Of a DNA stretch of 64,000 nt, positions 58,080 to 64,000 are shown one piece after another (the stretch's first letter is position 1; each line of letters begins with the position of its first letter). The position numbers were made by a program, and so were the translations under genes. The notes under the pieces are model-generated. The model was not told where the DNA came from, searched no databases, and saw nothing but the letters and a program-made list of their open reading frames with translations. Origin of the DNA: Hyphochytrium catenoides (taxonomy: Eukaryota > Protista > Hyphochytriomycota); NCBI GenBank assembly GCA_900088475.1, contig FLMG01002637.1, positions 1-64,000 on the forward strand. The letters are read 5' to 3'.

Positions 58080-60784
58080 CTAATGAGCGTTGGAGTTCAC
58101 TTGAGAAAAGACTCTGAGGGGATGTGCCTCAGTGTTGAAAGTGTAGTCGTCGAGAGATATGTTATGGTACGGGTCCATAAGAAGGTAGGCATATTTGAAG
58201 ACTTCAGCGAAGACATAGCTTGGCTGACCATCGTTGAGTAGCCTTGCCTGAGCTGGACTATTGAGGGAAGACGATGAACGTTTCTGGCGAACATCATTGT
58301 ACTCCGCTAAACCATACTTGGCAATACAGCCATCTCGTATAGACTGTTGGGTCAAAGGAACATGATAAGTCACTTCTCCGACTAGTGTGAAGTAAGACCA
58401 CACCCAGCCGAAGGCAATGAACACGTTCAAACACTAGAGTAGCACTCGGAAAGACTTTTGCTGCAAAAAAAAAAAAGGTTGAGGATCCACGAATGGGAAA
58501 CGAGGCCTAGTGGTTGGCGACAGAAGAGGAAGTACATTCTAGGAGACGCATTATAGGCCAGAGGCGAGGTGAGAATAGCTAGATTTGATGTTACCTGAAA
58601 AATTTTCCAGCCCATTTCTCTATATATAGGGTCTCCGGTAAGCTCGTGCAGGTAGAAAAGGGACTCTAATGTCTCGGGTCTCAAATAATACGTAGGGTTT
58701 GATATATCCTGTAGCTTTCCTTTCTCCGAGAACTGGTATGTGTCCCCCGAGAGCCCTGAAGGCTGCGAGACAGTGTGAGTGCGTTTATCAGCTGGCGATA
58801 CAGATACGTGTCATCGCTGTAAACCTTGCTCCTACCGTGGAGGTAAAGAGCTTGACACACGTATTAGCGAGTTTCCCGGCCAACGCAAGCAGCTCCTTCC
58901 CTTTCTCTGACATAATAGGCTGATAAACAGATTCAGAGCCCATTGCGAAAGCGCCCAGGGCCAGGTTTCCGGGAAGATAGCATGTTAACTCTTCCATCCT
59001 CCAGTCCTACACAGCGGATACGTGGAGTTAGACAGCTGGGTGTGCTGTGGAATGGTCATTCACTCTCACCGATGATAGCTCCCCGTCGAAACTCATATAG
59101 CCTCCCGTCACAATAGGGATTTTGAGGCGCCTAAACCTCATGCCCGGTGAAAGGTCATCAACCTCCTTTAACAAATACTCTTGCATTGATGTCACTGCCT
59201 TCTGCCATGTCTCAAGTAGCCAATTCTCAGCTTTGCCTCCTTGTAGGTAAACCTAGACGTAAAATTGGAGGTATCAAGTCGCCGTGCCGTGCAATAGGAA
59301 TTTGGGCACAAGCGTTTAGAACCTTGACGGGACAGAATGACATGCATAAGGAATACCTCACCTTCAGCAGATACTCATAGAAGGAGTCTGCCAAACCGCC
59401 TACACTGATTGGAGAAACCTGAAAAGTGCCGCGTTCAACGTCATAGTGGGTGAAAAATAGGCCGCCTATTTCTGGCTTAGCCTCCCTAATGCGCTCATAG
59501 ATTGCGTTGGCCCGATCTGCATAGGAGGAATTTCCGGTAACATGGGAGAGGTAGCGCATCTCTAGTTGGTAAGTTCCCATGTCAGCTAGGGACGTTCTGG
59601 AGGACATAAGAATGATCTTAGAAAGGTCATGCCAGGGACCTGACGCCAGAACCTTAGTGAATGGGTTCGACAGCCACTTCTTTAGAGTGAGAATTTGCAT
59701 GGGACAATGAAAAAGAAGCTTATTCACGAGTCAACCACTCACACGTCGGGACCTAAGTAAAGGCCGCTGCTGGAATTGTCCTTGAGATTGAACGCCATAG
59801 GCGGCACCCCAGTCTTTGTCCCTTTGAAAGCTCTTATCATTTTGTCTGCCAGATGTCGTGCCTTGGTTAAGAAGACTGAATCCTCCGACAGGTCATATGC
59901 GCTAAGTAAACCTCCTAAGTTGCGAATGCTGGTCTCAAACAGTGAGACATAGCCGCTCTCTATTTTCTCGAAGTCCAGCGTTTTTGCGACCCATTCCCGT
60001 GCGTCTTGGAACTCTTCCTACAATGAAACAAAAGGATTGAAGAAAAGCCGATGAAAGAGGGACGACGGATGAGTACGGGGCAGAGGTCGTGACGGACAAG
60101 CTAGCACATCGAGAGGCACTAGCTTCTCAATAAGAAGGGGCTTCTCCAGGCAACAGACAGGGTTATAATAAGCAAGAGGCGGCAGACCGCATTAGTTTGG
60201 AAGACCTTGAGACCCAAAATGAGAAGGGTTGAGAGAGAGTCCAGAATAGTTGTCCCTTGTCCACCGAATGGCTGCTTTATCGCCCCACTGACTGGGGCAA
60301 GCTCGTCTGCTCCCCATGCCCTTCCATGTTAAGCGATGTATTAGTGCTGAATGATACACGCTTCCTAACGTAAGTATGATCTTATTGCACACCGTCCATA
60401 GGATTCTTACCGCTCCTTATAGTTTCTGAACATGAATTTGATGACTTCCCGGATATTCTTTCGTCTGAAGGCTAGCTCTGGGGTGTCCGTATCAGTATAT
60501 CGACCTTCACGGGCTCTCGCTCTCCGCGACGTTAAGTACGCTGCTCTTCTTGCCTCATGGTCCAATCCATTATCCTCCCATCGCTCACTGCCCCTAAAGC
60601 CTCCGAAGTGCCCAAATCGGGACGTCAGGGTGTCACCGAAGCTAGCGCTGGTCTCATCCCTACTTCCTAAGGAGTACCATAGCAGTAGCTGGCAGCTCAC
60701 AACGACGCATACAAGTATTCCAATTTTGAAGCGTGGCCGTGAAGCAGAGGTGCGCCCTCGTTGTTCCTTCCTCGCTTCTTTCAT
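58080..60784 (-). CDS. Glycoside hydrolase family 47 (class I alpha-1,2-mannosidase), type II membrane protein, multi-exon
   Basis: Exon 1 60784-60411 has an N-terminal TM. Spliced motifs AWGADEL.P, TILDSLSTL, VSLFETSIRNLGGLLSAY, SLADMGTYQLE, GGLADSFYEYLLK, LTCYLPGNLALG, LRPETLESLFYL, AEVFKYAYLL, FNTEAHPL. Not all internal exon boundaries were resolved. Confidence 0.92.
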
Positions 60785-62778
60785 CTTGATAAGGTCTAAG
60801 TCGCGGACTCAAATGTCCCGCAAGAAAGCTGACATGGAACTAGGCATTTCGACAATTACCAGCGTCCACCTCGTAATTGATTGAGAATGACAACATGCAT
60901 GCCGGCCTCCTGTTCAGAGGGAAGCCTCTGTCATCAAACCCTTATTGCGGCAAAAGCTGCTCTCGAACAAAGATACAGCTCCTCTCATCCCGCGAAGAGC
61001 AGGAGAACCCGCCGCAGGATGGAGACGGCAGTTGTTATCAGATTGCCAACAACAGCCTCTCTCTTGGACAGCACCAAGTACGAAAGCAGATGGCCAATAA
61101 AGATTTTGGAGAGATGGCCAATAGTTGTCTCACGCCGCGCAAGCATGATCTCCAAAAACAGAGACTCAATCATCGTGCCTTCAATCAGAGCCAACCCCTT
61201 GCACTTACAACAAAGAAGACGAAGAATCCACCCACCACGCGCCATCTTTTTCCTACTTCTCAGGTATCTCATGGCCCAAGGCTCATCTCATCTCCCTCCT
61301 CTCGCCTCTATGGTTGAAGTGTGTGTGCGAGTCGTTCTACAAGCCATCCTTCAAGTGTCCAGCGCAACCTAGCCCAACAGGTACGTAGGGATAACCTCTA
61401 GAGTTATAGTAGACAAGAATCAAGGTGCGCACCTAATGGTTATCGGCACAGATTCTCTAATGTCTAACCCTGTAGCAAGGTGCGCTAATCTGAGAAAAAG
61501 GTATACTGCTTATTAATTCCGCTAACGTCTATATCCATGAATCATCTGGCAGATGTGATTGAGGATGATGGGTTGCCGCAGTGCTGCAGGATGATCATGA
61601 TGCAGCTAGCTGCAGCCGACCTACTGCTGCCGCAGCCAATCTCCATTCTCTTCCTTGCTTCCCATCCTGTGCACTCCTTACCCTGTCCTCTCTTTCTTAT
61701 GAGATGACAGCCACCACGACGGTATTCTACACGTTCTCCGTTCTCATCGAAGTGGTATTATTTTGTGAGAGTCTGCCTTCTTCACATGGTGAGGGTTGAG
61801 CAGGGCACTACACCTTGGTGGTGCTAACCTCATGGTAGGTAGGAGATCTTTCAACGCATGGCATCTTACTAATCCCATGAAGAAGTATTAGGAGGCTCAC
61901 CTAACAGGAGCTACCACATGCGCTTGGCGGTAATACAGAGACGGAGCATCGTGGGGAGATCTATTATCTCCGTCCATGATGTCAATCAAACATTATCGCA
62001 TGGTGCTCAGGGTATTATAGTAGGCGAGCTCTTCATTTCTGTCTTGGTCTGCTTGCGTATGTCATCGCGTTCTTCGCTGTGGCAGCATTAAGTTACTGTC
62101 CTCCCTGCCGAAGGTGACTAGGCTACCCTATCCTTCTGGACCTTGCAGCGGATCCCCCTCTTCGATCTCACTTAACTAAAAGTCAGGGTATTAGCGCGTT
62201 TGCCCTCTAGAACTGGTTCTTCGGTGGTTCCTGTAACTGTACCCTGCGCATCGAGATCACAAGTACTTCTTGGAATCGAGTTCCAGACGTTGGTGGGCGC
62301 ACACTAGCCATGTTTATTCCTTACAGACCCCTGACCGAGAACCAGACGAAGATAGTGAACAAGGCATTGGCTTTTGTCCAGCCGCGACATAGACCACAAG
62401 ATGACGAAGTGGACACGTGACCTTCATCTTGTAGAGCTTGAACTTACTAGTCGGAAGCATGGCCCTATGGGCTTTGCTCCTAATAAGTGATCGAGGAAGA
62501 GTCGAGCCATTCTGCAGAAGGTGATACCGAAAGGAAGAGATGAGAAAGCAAAGATTTGGGCAAGCACCCGCAGTCAGTCTTTGATACACTGACAGGGGAA
62601 AAGCGAAGAGGAAGAATAAATGGAGCTTGACCTCCATGTGCAGGAGCCCTAGGAAGCCGCATCTGAGGACCATGCCAAGGAGAGAGCTTGACTCCCGTCA
62701 CTGGATCCTGAGATCGGTAAAAATAACACCTCGGCGGCTGCTTGCTTCAGTTCTTTGGACTATGAATTTATCCATGGG

Positions 62779-62802
62779 TATATAATATATATATATATAT
62801 AT
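62779..62802. repeat. (TA)n microsatellite
   Basis: tatataatatatatatatatatat. Confidence 0.9.
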
Positions 62803-64000
62803 TCTATGTCGCATATCACCCCTTTCACGCTTTTATTTTCAAAAGAACAGACAAGGATGAGACAATAGGGTCTTTAATTTTAGTTCATTAAAGGACGAAG
62901 GCGGCATTTACTGAAGTAACAACGATTGACTTCAAGGGCCGATGTCGGAAGTGGTGGTGGACTGTCTGCCAGCGTGGCAGAGACCCTGAATAAAGTCATG
63001 CTATCGCCACTCGTCGTCCACAGTCACTTGCCAACCTGGGCGACTTCTTTGAAGCGAATTTCCCCGAAGCCAAAGACGCTGTTGCTTTACACTAGTGATG
63101 AGCCATATAAATTACTGACTATTACTACTACTTATAAAAAAAAAGACATTGACACCTATGGTCGATCTGCGATAACCTCCTGCTATCGTACGGCAGCTGC
63201 CAGACTTCCATTATAGTCTGATGAAGCCTCTTCTCTACAGGCCGTACCACCAGTTTGTCTCCTGCCCATCTCCAACAACAGCCCCTTCCACAGGGAACTC
63301 AGACCCGCAAGCTTTGATCTACGCCCCGCACGGCTGCTAGGCATCCATCTGCTGACCAGAACGGGGCTTAAAGTACTTGGCGAAGTGCAAGGCTTGGATA
63401 TAACGGGGCTCTGAGTATGGTGTAGAGATGCCGCCGAAATACGCCTTTAAACCGAAGCTGAGAAGTCACTGTGGCAGTCTGACTTCTTCTTGTTCCTGGC
63501 AAAGGTCCTTCAAGGGCAATGCGGTTACAAGTGTCCTATTTGCTACTCGCTCTTCCGACTATCTCCCGCGACCGCTTAGCCATCATAGGATGAGAACAGA
63601 CTAGCACTTGGACACAGTGCTCTGATTTGAGGGAGAGCCAACAAATGGCTCTCAGCAAGAGAGTTTCTGTTCTGTTTTTCCTCTTCGCTCTTCTCTCCGC
63701 TGACGTTCTACTCTTCTCTCTCCCTCTTGTTCTCTGTTTCCCACCTCATCGGTAGTAGATTGACCTAACGGATCGGAAAGACTCTCTTCTTCTGGTCGAA
63801 AAGACTCGCATAGAGATCCGTGAAAGTCCTCCTCTAGAACTACTTACTTGTCTTCAGTTTTATTGAGTCCTGGCCAGCCAAGGTAAGTACAAAAAGATTG
63901 ACAATGGACCTCAAAGCGCTGTGTCTGTCGGTTGCTGCGAAGCTTGCGGATAAACTACGTTTTCTTCTGCTCACCTTAGAGTCCACTCCTACTCTCACAC

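Overview
Eukaryotic nuclear DNA (~50% GC, short GT-AG introns, long degenerate intergenic stretches, one 60-N gap). The lineage is not resolved, but Zn-finger, DIRS-type recombinase and RxL-type motifs point to a stramenopile-like protist. The first 22 kb carry three paralogues of an unusual ~1,185-1,190 aa receptor: signal peptide, two tandem PstS-like periplasmic-binding-protein domains, a Cys-rich juxtamembrane module, and a class C (GABA-B-like, 7tm_3) GPCR domain. Two copies are intact. The middle copy is broken by three small duplication-type frameshifts. All copies have lost the canonical R-x-D-x-S-G-T phosphate-binding motif. From 26-39 kb there is a cluster of intronless secreted or surface proteins with low-complexity tails: two Reeler-like proteins (one with a large Gly/Thr insert inside the domain and a GPI-type end), a DUF4142-like protein, and a member of an uncharacterised fungal-type family. 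Further on are a 7TM-RGS gene with one in-frame TAA, a LARP6-like La protein, a WRKY19-type Zn-finger protein, another fungal-type secreted protein with N/Q repeats, a decayed DIRS-type tyrosine-recombinase element and a multi-exon GH47 alpha-1,2-mannosidase. Domain calls are from motif recognition by eye; no searches were run.
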